Part shown: piece after piece, positions 48,890 through 61,614 of the stretch
Numbering within the stretch: the stretch's first letter is position 1
Layout: every line of letters starts with the position of its first letter
Assembly: GCA_965285935.1 (NCBI GenBank)
Contig: OZ260663.1
Coordinates: 78,864,001-78,928,000, forward strand
Reading direction: 5' to 3'
Origin: Ophelia neglecta
Lineage: Eukaryota
DNA length: 64,000 nt
Translations under genes and position numbers: made by a program
Notes under the pieces: generated by a model
What the model saw: only the letters and a program-made list of their open reading frames with translations
Database searches by the model: none
What the model was told of the DNA's origin: nothing

Positions 48890-49440
48890 TCAATATTTAT
48901 ACGCTATCAAATAAAAACAGTAATAAATCATTATAAATAGTTTCTTGCCAATACATTGCTAATCCAAGACTATAGAGTAATCCAGTCCGAGGTAAAGTGA
49001 TAGTCAACGAGAAGTCATAGGTTAAATGGTTCACTCGATAAGTATTGACAAAAACCTTAAGTTGATGTTTACTGCGCGAATTTATAGCCACAGTGTTTTC
49101 TACGGAATATAAAAAGCAACTACCAACCAAAGAGGAAAGCACCTCTATAACATATAACACCTGGCATAGAAGCTCAAACAATATCTGTTTGTAACTGTAA
49201 CAATCCCCCCAAATATGGTCTGCAACTGAAAGGAGATTCTTGGGGACTTGGTATACACACACTAGAGTAAATGCATTGGGTTTCTTTCCTAAAACACAAA
49301 TAACTACGCCCAGCTGCTGTAGAATAATCCTTTGTAAGCCTGTAAGACTGTTTATAGGCAGAAAACATTGAGTTATATCGGACCAGCTTTTTACAATGAC
49401 TTTGTATCTCAACATCAGCATGCAGCTCAATGCATATTAT
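48890..49440 (-). mobile_element. Possible heavily decayed 3' region of a non-LTR retrotransposon
   Basis: FSAYKQSYRLTKDYST...CFRK loosely resembles the post-RT segment (F.SYC.SFYG..LWDYS...WRK) of elements like the one at 53 kb. Weak evidence. Confidence 0.25.
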
Positions 49441-50899
49441 ATTTTTGTATCTAAAAAAATGATTACAGAAGTTATTATTGAGGATGCCTATAGGACAACT
49501 GAATTTATAGCTGAAATTGTATAATATTTGGGCTTTTACTGCCAGCCTGTGTCATCACTTTCTCCTTTCTATTAGGGCGTTATTCTTATCTGTTCTTGTT
49601 GGATATGTATATCTTCTGATAACGCCTTTTTCTTATTTACACATTTACAGTTGCAAATATATCTATCTACATGTACACATAAAAGGAAATCAAAAGCATA
49701 CTGCTTCTTTTCCATTTGATTTACATATTTTCTTATGTTCATCTTGTGGTTTTGTACATACTTAATTATGTGCTATTTGAATACTTAATTGTTTTTGGAT
49801 ATACATGTAAATACATGATTTCGATTCACTAAACTCAATTCAATTCAAGTTTCAGTTTCTCTGGGAAGCAGTCTATCACGACCATACAAAGAAACATCTC
49901 TTTCTTGTTTCTTTTCGCCAAGCAGGACGAAGCAATGGAACTTGATTGTTCAAGTAACGCTACATCCTAAATTGGCACCTGACCGTGGAAGCAGGTACAA
50001 TTTGCTGGTGGTAGACAACAGTATGCAGACTCACCATCACAATATATATAATACAATACATAAACAGTTTAGTCTGTGCACAGTAGACAGATCAACATCA
50101 GACATTGACTCTACAACATGGCTTCTCAACCGACAAGAGTCGGGCAATCACCCACAAAGGGCTAGGTGATTACACATTTAATCTCCTCAGGTTACCTGTC
50201 GGAGCCATATTAAAATAACTGTGCAGATCGGGATCTGCTTCTATTTCTTCCTATTCTTGTCCACAATTCGCTTTCATTTTTCTGGGAATTCACCCGTCTC
50301 GATGTACTCGTTCACATATACTTGGATTCTTACCGTGATAGGTGATATTGGTTAAGGAGGTATAAAATGTGTTTTGCATACCCTTTAGCCTTTTGTGTCG
50401 TTAATGAGAACACGTAGAAACACAAACTATGCAATAAAATATACGATGCACTGATTATTCTGTGATACTTATACCTATATGCGACAAGACACTTAAAGAA
50501 CACGCTCGTAAAGTGAACAACACTGCATGGTACAGAGAAATAGGAACATAAAAAAGCAATTTAATTTGCATCCCTTCATCCAACTCCATGTTCTACAAAG
50601 CAGAGCAAAAAGCCAGACTGAATTCTGAGTTCAGTCCCTCTGTACTGAAAAGAACCTTTTTGTAAAAAAGATATTTCATAAAACAACTATCATTCAGATT
50701 TGGTTTTAGGGAAACGACTTGCTGGACTGTGAGTTGGGATTTCGCTCATTGGGCTGAATAAATATGGCTTGATATTGGGGCAATGAAGATGGTCAAGGCA
50801 TGTGGGTCAGATGATTTGTAAGGTACCCATCATGGCAGCACATGAATTTGCTTTCCCGCTTTCGCTATAATTTTTTGATCTTTAAAACATTAAAAATTA

Positions 50900-51379
50900 A
50901 ACATGTATCCCATAGGATACGATGTCTTTGCCCTTCAACAGTTTCTCAGTCTAAATGAATGGCGCTGCAAAATAAGAGCAGCAAAAAACTAAAGTGTGAC
51001 TGTAAAAAGGGGGGAAAATGAAAAAAAAATAAGGAAAAGGAAAAAAAGTAATTGCGGTGATGGGATAAGAAACCTAGACCTCTGGATCAGCGCCTTTGTA
51101 TAGCATGAAAAAGCCTAAGCGGCGGCGGCGGGACTTAAACTGTGGATCTTTATATCACTGATCACATTCAAATTACACGTAAAAATAGATGTATGTAATG
51201 GACTTTGAATTCTAAGACGGGTCAAGCAAAACGTGATCGTTTTTTTAGCCATATTCCTAGAGAACCTGCTTATCAAATTTCATCAATATCGGCCGAGCAG
51301 CTCTCGAGATATCCAGCAGACAGACACACACAGACACACATACCAAAAAAATATACTCTTTGTTTAAGGGCAAAGATAA
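50900..51379 (-). mobile_element. Non-autonomous Helentron-associated element (HINE/DINE-1-like)
   Basis: Subterminal inverted repeat tctttgccctt (50925-50935) / aagggcaaaga (51366-51376); terminal hairpin gtatcc-cata-ggatac (50905-50920); CAGA/CACA microsatellite near 51318-51340; T-rich ends. Confidence 0.65.
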
Positions 51380-51938
51380 GAAACAGAAATGGGTCGGCTT
51401 CAGGGGTGCACCATACATCAAGACGATGCCACCAAGGACCCTTCAAATTACCTTTCTATATAGGTTATTGTAGCTTTTGTAGTAGTAATAAACGTTTTTG
51501 AAAAACTTGTGCATCGACCATTGTAGGGCCATGTTGCCAATACAATTATTGGACAAACGTGAAGTAGACGGTGAAAACGCTCTGTTAAGGCCCAATGCCG
51601 TAACAGAACACAATGCTTGAGGGTCATCTTTCCGATTGAGGTGAGTTTACATCATGGTGTGGCAACAAAGTTAGATTTTAGTGCATCTGTGTTTAATTGA
51701 CTTACATCTTCATTTTAATACGTCTATGTATTTTTATTTATAGCAGGGATGTTTTATGTGCAGATGGTTGTGATATATATTAATATCTGGTAATGATGAA
51801 GAAAAAAATGGATGGCCATGAAATGCTGTGCGGTTGTCCATACAATAAATTTACTCGAATCGCAGTTTAAACCAAATGTATCATCTGAGCAACCAATCAA
51901 AGATTATCAAACGCAGTTTAAAAGATTGTTTTGATTAA

Positions 51939-52250
51939 TGGCCTACCCACAGAAAAGCGTAACTCGTGTCCTACATACAGAAAGGCACGTGTAAGGCTGG
52001 CCGGCAGATAAGACTATACTACCCCGCACACACACAGGCACGACTACTAGCCCGCACACGGAAAGGTACGAATATTAGCCCGCCCACAAGAAGGCGCTAC
52101 TGCTGGCCCGCCCAAGGAAAGGGACGACGCCCACAGAAAGGCAGGATTATTGGCCCGCCCATGCACAGAAAGGCAGGACTATTGACCCGCCGACACATAG
52201 GAACGACTCGTTTCCAGCCTTCAGAAAGGCAAGACTTATGGCCCACCTTC
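51939..52250. repeat. Degenerate ~30-bp tandem repeat (ggcccgcccacagaaaggcagga core)
   Basis: About 9 decayed copies, plus a solitary copy at 54379-54410. Confidence 0.65.
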
Positions 52251-52959
52251 AAATAGACACAACTAATATAGGCCTATATAGGCCCCCTATATATTTTTAT
52301 CCGTACAAAAAGTACAATAGAACAAAAGGGGGCGCCTCTACAAGATTACATGTAAGGAAAATTTAAATACAATACATTCAGTTGGGTATGAGCACAGTGC
52401 ATAGATTGTCAGAGCAGTTCCGTCCAGATTAAAAAACGACATACAGAAGAATGCTGTCTTATGCTTCATATGAATCAGATCCACAATTACAGGAGCTCTG
52501 ATTTTGCTCTCGTCATAGTCACCTGAGCTATAGTCATGGTATACTGACATCGCGGTTAACCTACAACAATTCTTCTGACACGTTAGTCAAGTTGTTTGAT
52601 ACCGCGAATTTGGCACAGCATTGTGTCACAACGTTACGCTTTAACAACAGAGATTTGAAAAAAGACAGAAATCTAACGTTACTAAATAACTGATACTTAA
52701 CTGAACTGTCGTCGCCTATCAGATTTAGTAGATTACAGTGTGTCGTATAGGGTAGGCTAGATTTAACAGGTATCTGATTGCTTTCCTCCGCGTGACATAT
52801 AATGTACCTATATCAGAGGAGTTCAGGTCCCAAAGCCGGCATCCGTACAAATTTAAGGGAAACAGTAGGATTTAAAAAATGCATCAGTTAAATCCACTGG
52901 CTCCCATTTGTAATGAATTTACACTATATTTACCTTTGAAAGAAAATCTTTCCAAACAT

Positions 52960-54290
52960 TACTAATTATATCTTTCTGAGATATGTTACCGATGTAATTC
53001 CCTGAATGTTTATTGAAAGGTACATATTCTTTAGTTTCGGCCATAACACCAATCCTCGAGGGTGTGCTACAATCATCTCGAGCCGATGATACAAACAACT
53101 AACTCTTGTCAGGGTTAAACTTAACCCTGAACTCAGAAACATAATTCCCACACACCTTCAGCATAGCCCTTAAGCTAAAGACAGTGGGACACAGACGAGT
53201 TAGATCGACAGCGTACCCAAAGGCTCCACAGTATCTGTGGCCTACATAAACAGCCGTAGCCTCTCCCGCCTGTACAACAAACATCAATATATACAGTAAA
53301 TAAAATCGGCGACATAACACCGCCTTGCTCTACTTCGTTATTTCCGGTAAAGCTATCACCACAGTGGCAACCCCATTTGACCCGCAGTGCTTGATTAGTG
53401 TATACCCTGGCAAGAAACCTGGCAACTACCGGACTTTATCTTCTGGATACCCATACCTCAAACAGTTTGAGATACTCAACCCAATCATAAGCCTTAGAGG
53501 CATATAAGAAAGTCACATTCACAGTTGAACTATAATTAAGATTATAGTACTGCATGGATAACTTCTTTACAACGAATGTACAGTGGGTTGTGCTGTGCGA
53601 TATCTTAAAAGCATATTGAACATCTGACGTTTTAAATATGTCGCCCCGTTTCTCCAGCAGGATTTTATCAAGGAGTTTACTCATTTCGCTGCTAAGTGCT
53701 AATGCAAGCTCTATTGTTATCGAGGTCTTTCAAAAACTTGGGATGCTACAGTTGCCCTTATACACATCGTCTTACCAAGATTGCGACATTTGATGTACTG
53801 TACAACATCTCAACGTAACTGATATCCGACCCACACTCACTGTGATGTAATACATCCTCGTTAATATGACAAAGCTACTCATTAAATATATCAGCATCGT
53901 ACGGCACATTGTAACTATACAGGTTCTTGTAATTTTACTGAACACATTATTTATTACCTGTTCTCCACATACACCATCAATATAATTTGGACGGTAACCG
54001 GGACTACCCTTTATTTTCTTCACCTCGGTCCATAGATCCTGTCGGTTACCACATACAAAACCCTCGGCTATTTTACCTGATCGAATTAGACTTTCATTAC
54101 GCTGTAGTTACCTCAAAAATTAAGATATTGCGCTCTAGTTTTTCTGTGTATGTTGCAACTCGCCTTAGTATGGGCCGGCCGTCATCTTAGCAGATATCGT
54201 CCAGAAAATAGCCTGTTGTCTTAAAATCATTCCACTCAGGGATACTTCTCTACTGTTGGTATCACCGGCCCTTACTGCTAGGATTTCACC
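52960..54290 (-). mobile_element. Decayed non-LTR retrotransposon, reverse transcriptase region (RTE-X/CR1-like)
   Basis: Minus-strand RT motifs in order: SKLLDKILL, TSDVQYAFK..HSTTHCT, LYASKAYDWV (LDASKAFDRV), LRVKW...EQGGVMSPILFTVYID, CGAFGYAVDL (YADD), KFNPDKS, KHSGNYIG. Frameshifts and stops are present. Confidence 0.85.
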
Positions 54291-54890
54291 TCCCAACTAT
54301 TAGAGAAGCGTCAGTTATATCATTATGAAACATCTGAATCAAGTAACGTTGCTCTATACACATCCTGTCAGGATTTATGGCCCGCCCACAGAAAGGCAGG
54401 AATAATGGCCTGACATTCAATTCTCCCGACATTCCAATCCAACGGTTTAAACTCTTTCGTTTTCTTTCAATACGCCCGCAATGCAACTCGTTTTACCAGG
54501 TCTATATGCCATACAGTTTATTAGTCAATCATTTGCGTACATCAAGCTATGAGGGCATGTGTTAATACTTATTGGCCTACCGGTAGGTAAACATCCTGTT
54601 AAAATAGTCAAGACGAGGTGCTACCAACTGTTCTATGTTAAAAACCACCAATGAATCGTTACTCTCAACCATAAATATTGTGAAATGATTTTTATTATTT
54701 TCTTTGATTATGACCGTACTGAAATAGCTGCATATATTTGTTGCGTTGTTTCTTTAACAGTCGCCTGTTCTTTTCTACAACAGTAATTGGATATAGGTCA
54801 GAAATTGACTTTTATTTATACATCTGATTTTACCTAATCTATAAACATATAAATAAATCTTTCCACCAATAATAGATTATTAAGCGTCAT

Positions 54891-55082
54891 CATTGGCGGA
54901 TTCAGGGGGGGGGGGGCACTTTTGCCAAAAAGTGGCCCTGAACAGGGCCTATTTCTGGACCCACGCCAGGTGCTTTCAGAGGGTTGGTAACGGGGACAAT
55001 CCAGACATTTGCCTTGTCAGCTTTGGAAAATTTTGCCCCCCCCCCCCCCCTCCCCCTTTCTGAAATCCTGTTTCAGCCACTG
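54891..55082. mobile_element. MITE with imperfect CA(G/T)TGGC TIR and internal G/C tracts
   Basis: cattggcggattcagg ... cctgtttcagccactg; cgtcat is duplicated on both flanks (54885-54890, 55083-55088). Confidence 0.7.
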
Positions 55083-55679
55083 CGTCATATACACATGCAG
55101 GAAGATGCGTTGAACATTATTTTTTTCAAATATAGACCTAGACAGGACATGTTGCACAATACGAAGGTGGTTTCGACGAGATCTGACGACCGAAGCTCTC
55201 ACAATCTATCATTAATATTACCTCCTTATCTCTTTGGCATCATTTCTCCACTTACAGATGCCGGATAGCTAATGTTAATTGAGCAATAATGTCCATACAT
55301 GCCTGGAAAACCAGTAGAGTTTTACACAGCGTCTAATAAGTTGGATTTTACTAAATGTCCGTATCCTAGGTATCTCTAGGTGTTGTTAGTATCGGGAGTG
55401 ATTCTGTAAGCGCAGCCGGTAATTGTTTAGGCGCAAACGACATTGATATAAGCGGACTTCTCTGCTGCCCGTTTTGTCGGCTGCGAGAGATGATATAGAA
55501 CACGTGAAGGTTGTATCCAAGCTAGCCGGAGTCCGGAAAATGAACCTCGTTTTCCCTTGTAGTTACAGCGACGAAAGGGTTTTCGACGGTTGTAGCAGGA
55601 AATCTTACTTCATGGTCTAAGTCATGCTATATATTTAAGCTGATAAAAAGTTTTTTTTGTTAATGTAGGTTTATATATA

Positions 55680-55858
55680 CAGTGAACCCGGTAAATTTAG
55701 ACCACTAAAGGGACTGGAAAATATTGGACTTATATTGGAGGTGGTTGTTTGGACAGGTTATATTACATTGAAAGTTAAACAACCTCAATCCTCATAATTG
55801 TGGTCTGAATTGACAGGTGGTCTGATTATAAGGGTGGTCTTTAAGGCAGGTTTCACTG
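55680..55858 (-). mobile_element. Tc1/mariner-type MITE, same family as 34686
   Basis: ta|cagtgaaccc...ggtttcactg|ta with TA target duplication. Confidence 0.82.
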
Positions 55859-58172
55859 TATATATATATATCATATGCCTGTTGTGAAAAATGGCCATAA
55901 TGCTTCGTGTATGGGTAGGCTATAACAAATGCTGGAGAAATGTTCAGAAAAATGTTACTAGGCCAGAAGAATACAATATGATTAATATGACATGCTTTGA
56001 AGGTAAAAAAAAATCGATCAAAATCCTTAAACATTTTTTTTAATATTCCAATTCTACTGATTTTCTGTAACTGCTAACACCGTACAAAAAGTCCTCGTAT
56101 ATAAAATTTCAGCCAATGAGCCCGTTTACAATTTTTATTTACTAGTACACAATATGTCCTATCGTACACTATAATGGATTATCAAAAAATCGATGGAGGC
56201 AAGTATTGAAAACAAATATTCATGTTAACACAACAATTGATATTGGCACGGATCTTGCCCACAACCAATCCCATCAATTATAGTTTCTTTTTAAGGCATC
56301 TTCCAAATCTTATTGATTTATTGGAGCTGGGCTACCTAAATAATGTTCCGCCTGTCTCATATTTCTGCCTGGTAAAAAGTCCGCTTAAATTTATTGGCCA
56401 TTCGACCACACTAAGTGTCACTGTCCGAGCGACTGTCACGCGGAGGTTAATGCTCGCCGCACCATACTATCAAGTGCAGCATTGACATTTGCTCTGGCCG
56501 CACATTATTACCGTTGAACGCACTCTCCATTGGCCATACACCCCGAGTCTATAGACCATGTGTCAGGGTATATATTCCCATATTTTATATAGTGGGATTT
56601 CCATTATGGAAATTTGTACTAAGCAGGGGAAATGGGCAGGTTTTGAGGTTGCTCAGCGGTTTAAAAAACGAGTTGCAGTAGAGATGTTTTTTACACAAGT
56701 CTACGAGTAGGCAAAAGCCCAGGCACTAACTTTGTAACTTCCCACAGGTCGCAAGATATAAAGTGTGTGAGCTATTAGGCCCTAAACATGTGCATGAAGA
56801 TTGAATCATAATAACAAAAACGGGTAAATTTGGATCATTTTCTAGTGTACTAGCATTATATCGTGCAGCTCAATATTTCAAACACAGTGTTGCATGCATG
56901 AAGACTCTTGGAAGGAGTTAAAAAACACATTCCTGATTTATTCTTTTAAAAGGCCGCGCGCCTAGCTGCTCGTGAGCACAAACAACATATTCTTCAGGTG
57001 AATGGCAAAGCTTAACTTGCTTAATCTGAAAATATATTGCATTTAAAAGAATGAGACGTCTGTAGTAATTATATTAAACATTTTCCCGAAGCCCAACCAT
57101 CGAATCGAGTTGTATATATATATTCATTTCTATGGGATTAAAGCACCATGTGATCTGATCAACAAATAGTAAACTGCATATGACACTTTGCACTTAAGCA
57201 ATATATTAAAAGAAAAATGGTTTAGGCCTATTATTATTTTTTCCGAAATTGACATTTTTGGTTTTCTTTGTAATCAGTTAGCACGACTAAGATTTCTCGG
57301 TTTTTGGCCACTGAACATCAAGAGCATGGACTCACTTCTATAACCCAATGCTGAGTATAAACAACTGCCATTTTTCTCTTCAACCGAACTCAATATAAAT
57401 CAGAAAAATAGCAAGCAATTTTATATTGATAATCGGCAATGCGCCTCAAAGCAGAAACATATTACGCACCAAATTAACCCGTACGAGTCAGGTTCAAGAG
57501 CCGCTGTCATATCAATGTGTGTTCTTTTAGAAAAATCAACATGACTAGTCGCAATATGGTATCTTGAGGTAAAAAACCAAGGCGAGTCCGGAAGATTTCG
57601 CCAGCGCCACTACCTTGAAGGTTTTGGTATTCCCTGGAACTGTCTAATATAGACGATACCAGGCTTTCCGTCGAGCAATGACTTCCTGCCTTAATGTCAC
57701 TCTGGTTTGTCTGCTTCTATAACCATAATTATGGAGGTTTCACTGCTAGGCACTTACAAAAAGCGGTTATTCCGTTCGCTCGTGTGGTGTATGGAGTGTG
57801 GTAGGTATGTCGAGGATTTCAATGTTCAATCGCTGATTATTTTCACATTGGTTCTCTAATTAATAAGACGCTATTTAGGGATTCGTAATGTAGACTGATC
57901 TGGTCTATTGACAAGGAGAATACAAAGACATATTGATTTGAAGTGATTGAATAAGAATCCAGAGGAGAGGAACGTAGCCTTCGAGACCTGCTATGGTGAA
58001 AGTCATATGAAGTAGGCCTAATAGTGAGATTTAATATAGCGATTAGAGGAACGTGCGCATATTTCGCAGAATAAACTCCTTGAAAAATTCCGCGTTCATT
58101 AGTGTCCATTGTAGAAAGGAAAGAAAGCGTTGACTCGGACACTCGGTTAGCGGACTACAAACTACATACACA

Positions 58173-58396
58173 AGGAGTGCCTTTGCTGGGGCCTCCCGGG
58201 GCGACCTACCCGGGCGAGTGCCTTTGCCGTCCGGTGCCTCGCCGACGGACATACCTGGGACAGTGTCTCTGCCGGCCTTCCCGGGCCGATATACCCGGCG
58301 GAGTGCCTCTGCCCAGGCCTCCCGGCCGATACACCCGATTGAGTGCCTCTGCCGGGGCCTCCCGGGACGACATAAACGGCGGAGTGTGCCTCTGCC
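58173..58396. repeat. GC-rich ~40-bp tandem repeat, about 5-6 copies (gagtgcctctgcc...cctcccggg..gac)
   Basis: Recurrent gagtgcctctgcc and cctcccgg blocks in AT-rich surroundings. Confidence 0.75.
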
Positions 58397-59987
58397 AAAA
58401 AAAGATCGCGTGCATTTAATTTCCGAGCTTTCGCGAAAAACGAGGATTTCCACAAAGAACACGAAAATTTCATGCAGCATTTGCACTTTACAGGCTTTTT
58501 CAATAAACAATAATTGTAGGCCGATTTTGGGCAAAAGAATATTGTTGCACATTCCTCGAAAATCTCATGCCACGAACGTTGTACTATCTTCATGGTTTCA
58601 AATATCTCATTTCACAGTGGCCTGCAGTACTCTTTTTGGATTCTTCTTCAGGATGAAATAAAATGTCCTCTTCCGGTTTAATCTCTCGCCTCCTTGCCTT
58701 TTGAAATCCGGATAAGCTGATCTGCCTCTTGGCCGAGTGTTTGCCTGGAAGCCGCCGACAGCACTATCCTATCATAAAAGGAAGCATGGAGTATTGAGTT
58801 ATTTTCCTAGAGATCAGGTGCACGTTAAATTCCTTCCTATCCACTGGGACCTTGAAGTGAATACGAATCGATTCCTGTCTAAATAAGAATCTAGGTCATA
58901 GAAAGTTGTGTAGATTTTATAAAATAAGACCTTGTAGTCAGTGTATTTATTGCTTTAGCTGAAGTGTCGCATTTTGGAATTTTTGAACAAAATATATTTA
59001 GGCCTGATCCTAACATACAGGTCTATTCTATTCGAAACACTGCCTTTTTAAACCTACAAGACAATGGATCTTATACAAGTAGGCCCTATCTGTTTCAGTA
59101 TCGTTTACAAGTGTCGGTATCGGATCGTTTCAATCAAACGGTATATGCCCTATCGACTTTTGAAGTCGAACGTCAGCTTCAAACTTAATAAAGAACGGAC
59201 ATTAAAAGAGTCGGGCAATTGTTAACATATGTACCTATAAACTACTGCCAAATCGGGTTTTTGTCGTTAGCAGTTAACGGGCTGGCCAGGTAACAAATGT
59301 GGATCTTGCAAAGAAATCGGAACGGCTAAAGGAGACAAGGCAGGTTAGTTAAATGGACATCACTGTGAAGCAGCTTAATATAAATAAATGAAAATGTCTT
59401 TGACATTGAACACAATATCCGGAAGGTCAAGTATACAAAAAGCATTGCACTAACTAGAATGATGCTCTTATCATTGGCCATCGGACACTTTTACCTTGCC
59501 TAACCACACCTGTAATCAAGGCAGCCATCCAGATGTAAATGTATATGGATTTCGCAGGTGTTCAAGGGCCTTTATGGACCGGCTTTTGAAACGAAAATGA
59601 TAAAACATCGCATGCAGTATTTTTTTGTAGTTTCCCCCATCTTCAAATTTGGTTTAGTACATGCAACATTTCGAAACATTTAATTGTTCATATACCTGAT
59701 ATGTCATTTCTAGGCTTGTGCACTGATCCTATTGGAATTCGTTATCGGGAATGTGTTCCCAAATAAACCTTGGAACAGGAGAATTTATCGAAAAAATAAT
59801 CAAATCACCCTAACAATTTGCGAAATTGGCGCGTACATTGCCTTTATTACGAAAAAACCGGCCCTAGACTTTTGTCGTTGCTAGGAAACCAATTCTATTT
59901 TATGAGCCCAACCCATTTGCCGCCAGACCTTGATTTCATTACGGTTCGAACATCCGCCGCTCTGTGCACCCTTCTAATGCTTCCAGT

Positions 59988-60112
59988 TTTCCCTCTCTCG
60001 CTGCCCCCTCTCTCGCCCCTGCCCCCTTTCCCCTTTTCCCCTGCCGTGCCAGCTCTTTCATGCCCCTCCCTCTCGCCCCCTTTGCCCCCACTCTCGTGCC
60101 CCTCGCGCCTCT
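59988..60112. repeat. Pyrimidine-rich low-complexity tract
   Basis: ccctctctcgccccc-type repeats. Confidence 0.7.
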
Positions 60113-61093
60113 CACAAATCGCCAATGAATAGCCTCTTCGTCTTCTTCCAGCATTGCCGTATTTTCATAACCAAGTCTTATTCCATTTACCATTTCCTCT
60201 ATTTCTAATTTCTTCGCGGCAATGGGCTTTAAAACGGCCACCTCCTACTTTTCCTCTTCGGTTGCTGCGATAGTTGTGCGACCTAGTGGGAATAAGCCTA
60301 TTAAACTAACGTTAGCGCACAGCGTGACACTATTAGTATCAATTGCCCACAGGTCTGAGCTGAAAAACTGATTAAGCATTGCTGTTTAAAATTAAAATGG
60401 GACCTAAGAACCACGAAAACATGAATTTATAGGTCAAATACAAATTAACATTTGAATATCTGGGGCATATATAATTCAACAAGTATATGACTTAGGGCAA
60501 ATTATTTGTCTCGAGTGGCAAATTGTTTTGGCTAGTTCCTTTTTTAGGGTCCACATTTGTTTCATTATACATCCATAAAAATATCAATTATTAAATTTCA
60601 CCTTATCCGCCGGGTGTCCAGTAAATAACCAACTCCCGTTTCTCCCGCTCAGTCAGTAAGTATACGCTTGTTCCGAATTTTTTGATGGATAGTCTGATCG
60701 CTGCGTCATTGGTAATGGACAACTTGCGTAATACGCAGAAGGTTTTTATCATTTTGGTGAGAATGTGGTGAATATTTTGGGCCTCAGTGCATCCAATGTC
60801 TTCTTTTGGTGCACGTCATGATATCTCTCGTAGGGAGAAGGTTAATTTTGACATCATACTCACCCAAAAAGGGTCCGATTTTGAGAAAACTGGATGATCA
60901 ATCATCCAAATAATGTGGCGAATCGATGCCGAAGGCTTAAATGATTGACATACATAGTTGTTGGAACGTTGTGTTCACTCGTTTCTTCGCTTAGAAGACT
61001 CTATTATGGGTGCTGAATTTAAAGTGGCGGATGCTTACAAATGGCAGATATTTTCGCGCATGCGTCATGTTTGGCCCTTTTACGCATGCATAG

Positions 61094-61435
61094 TTATATC
61101 TTTCCCCTTTTTAGGGACAAAGGTCATGTTTTTTTTGTCATGTGTGTCTGTCTACGTCTGTGTGTGTGTATATGTCCGCCAAATTTCTCCAGAACAACTG
61201 GGCCAATGTTTATGAAATTTGATAAGGACAGGTCCACTAGGAATATGGCTCTAAGTGATTTAAGTTTGGTTGACCTACTTTAGACTTCAAGGTCACAAAG
61301 GCACGTTGAAATTATCCAATTGCCATTATATGCATGTACTTATGTTTTTAAAATGTGATCATATGGATATCATATGGTACGATCCAAAATTCCAGGGTTC
61401 TCATCCCACCGCTGCCAGTAGTTTTTTACTTTTAT
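61094..61435 (+). mobile_element. Second HINE-like element, 3'-truncated, related to 50900-51379
   Basis: tctttcccctt start, GTCT/GT microsatellite, ccaatgtttatgaaatttgataag core and a tRNA-T-loop-like segment, all similar to the reverse complement of the 51 kb element. Confidence 0.55.
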
Positions 61436-61443
61436 TTTGATAA

Positions 61444-61614
61444 AAGACCATATTAAGAACACCAAAATGACTGGAAAATACTGGTCTGATATTGGAGGTG
61501 GTCTGTGTACACAGGTTGTTTAACATTGAAAATATACAGCACAATCCTCATATTGGTGGTCTAAATTGAAATGGGGTTTGATTATAGAGGTGGTCTTTAA
61601 GGCATGTTTCATTG
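61444..61614 (-). mobile_element. Tc1/mariner-type MITE, diverged third copy
   Basis: gactggaaaatactggtctgatattggaggtggtct...gaggtggtctttaaggcatgtttcattg|ta; the left TIR is lost. Confidence 0.75.

Noticed and set aside
51050-51165. tRNA genes
   Set aside because: Only decayed T-arm-like fragments inside a repeat; no cloverleaf can be built.
56230-56490. Possible second decayed retrotransposon fragment (TIIDGIGCGQD)
   Set aside because: Similarity to the 54 kb element is too weak to judge by eye.
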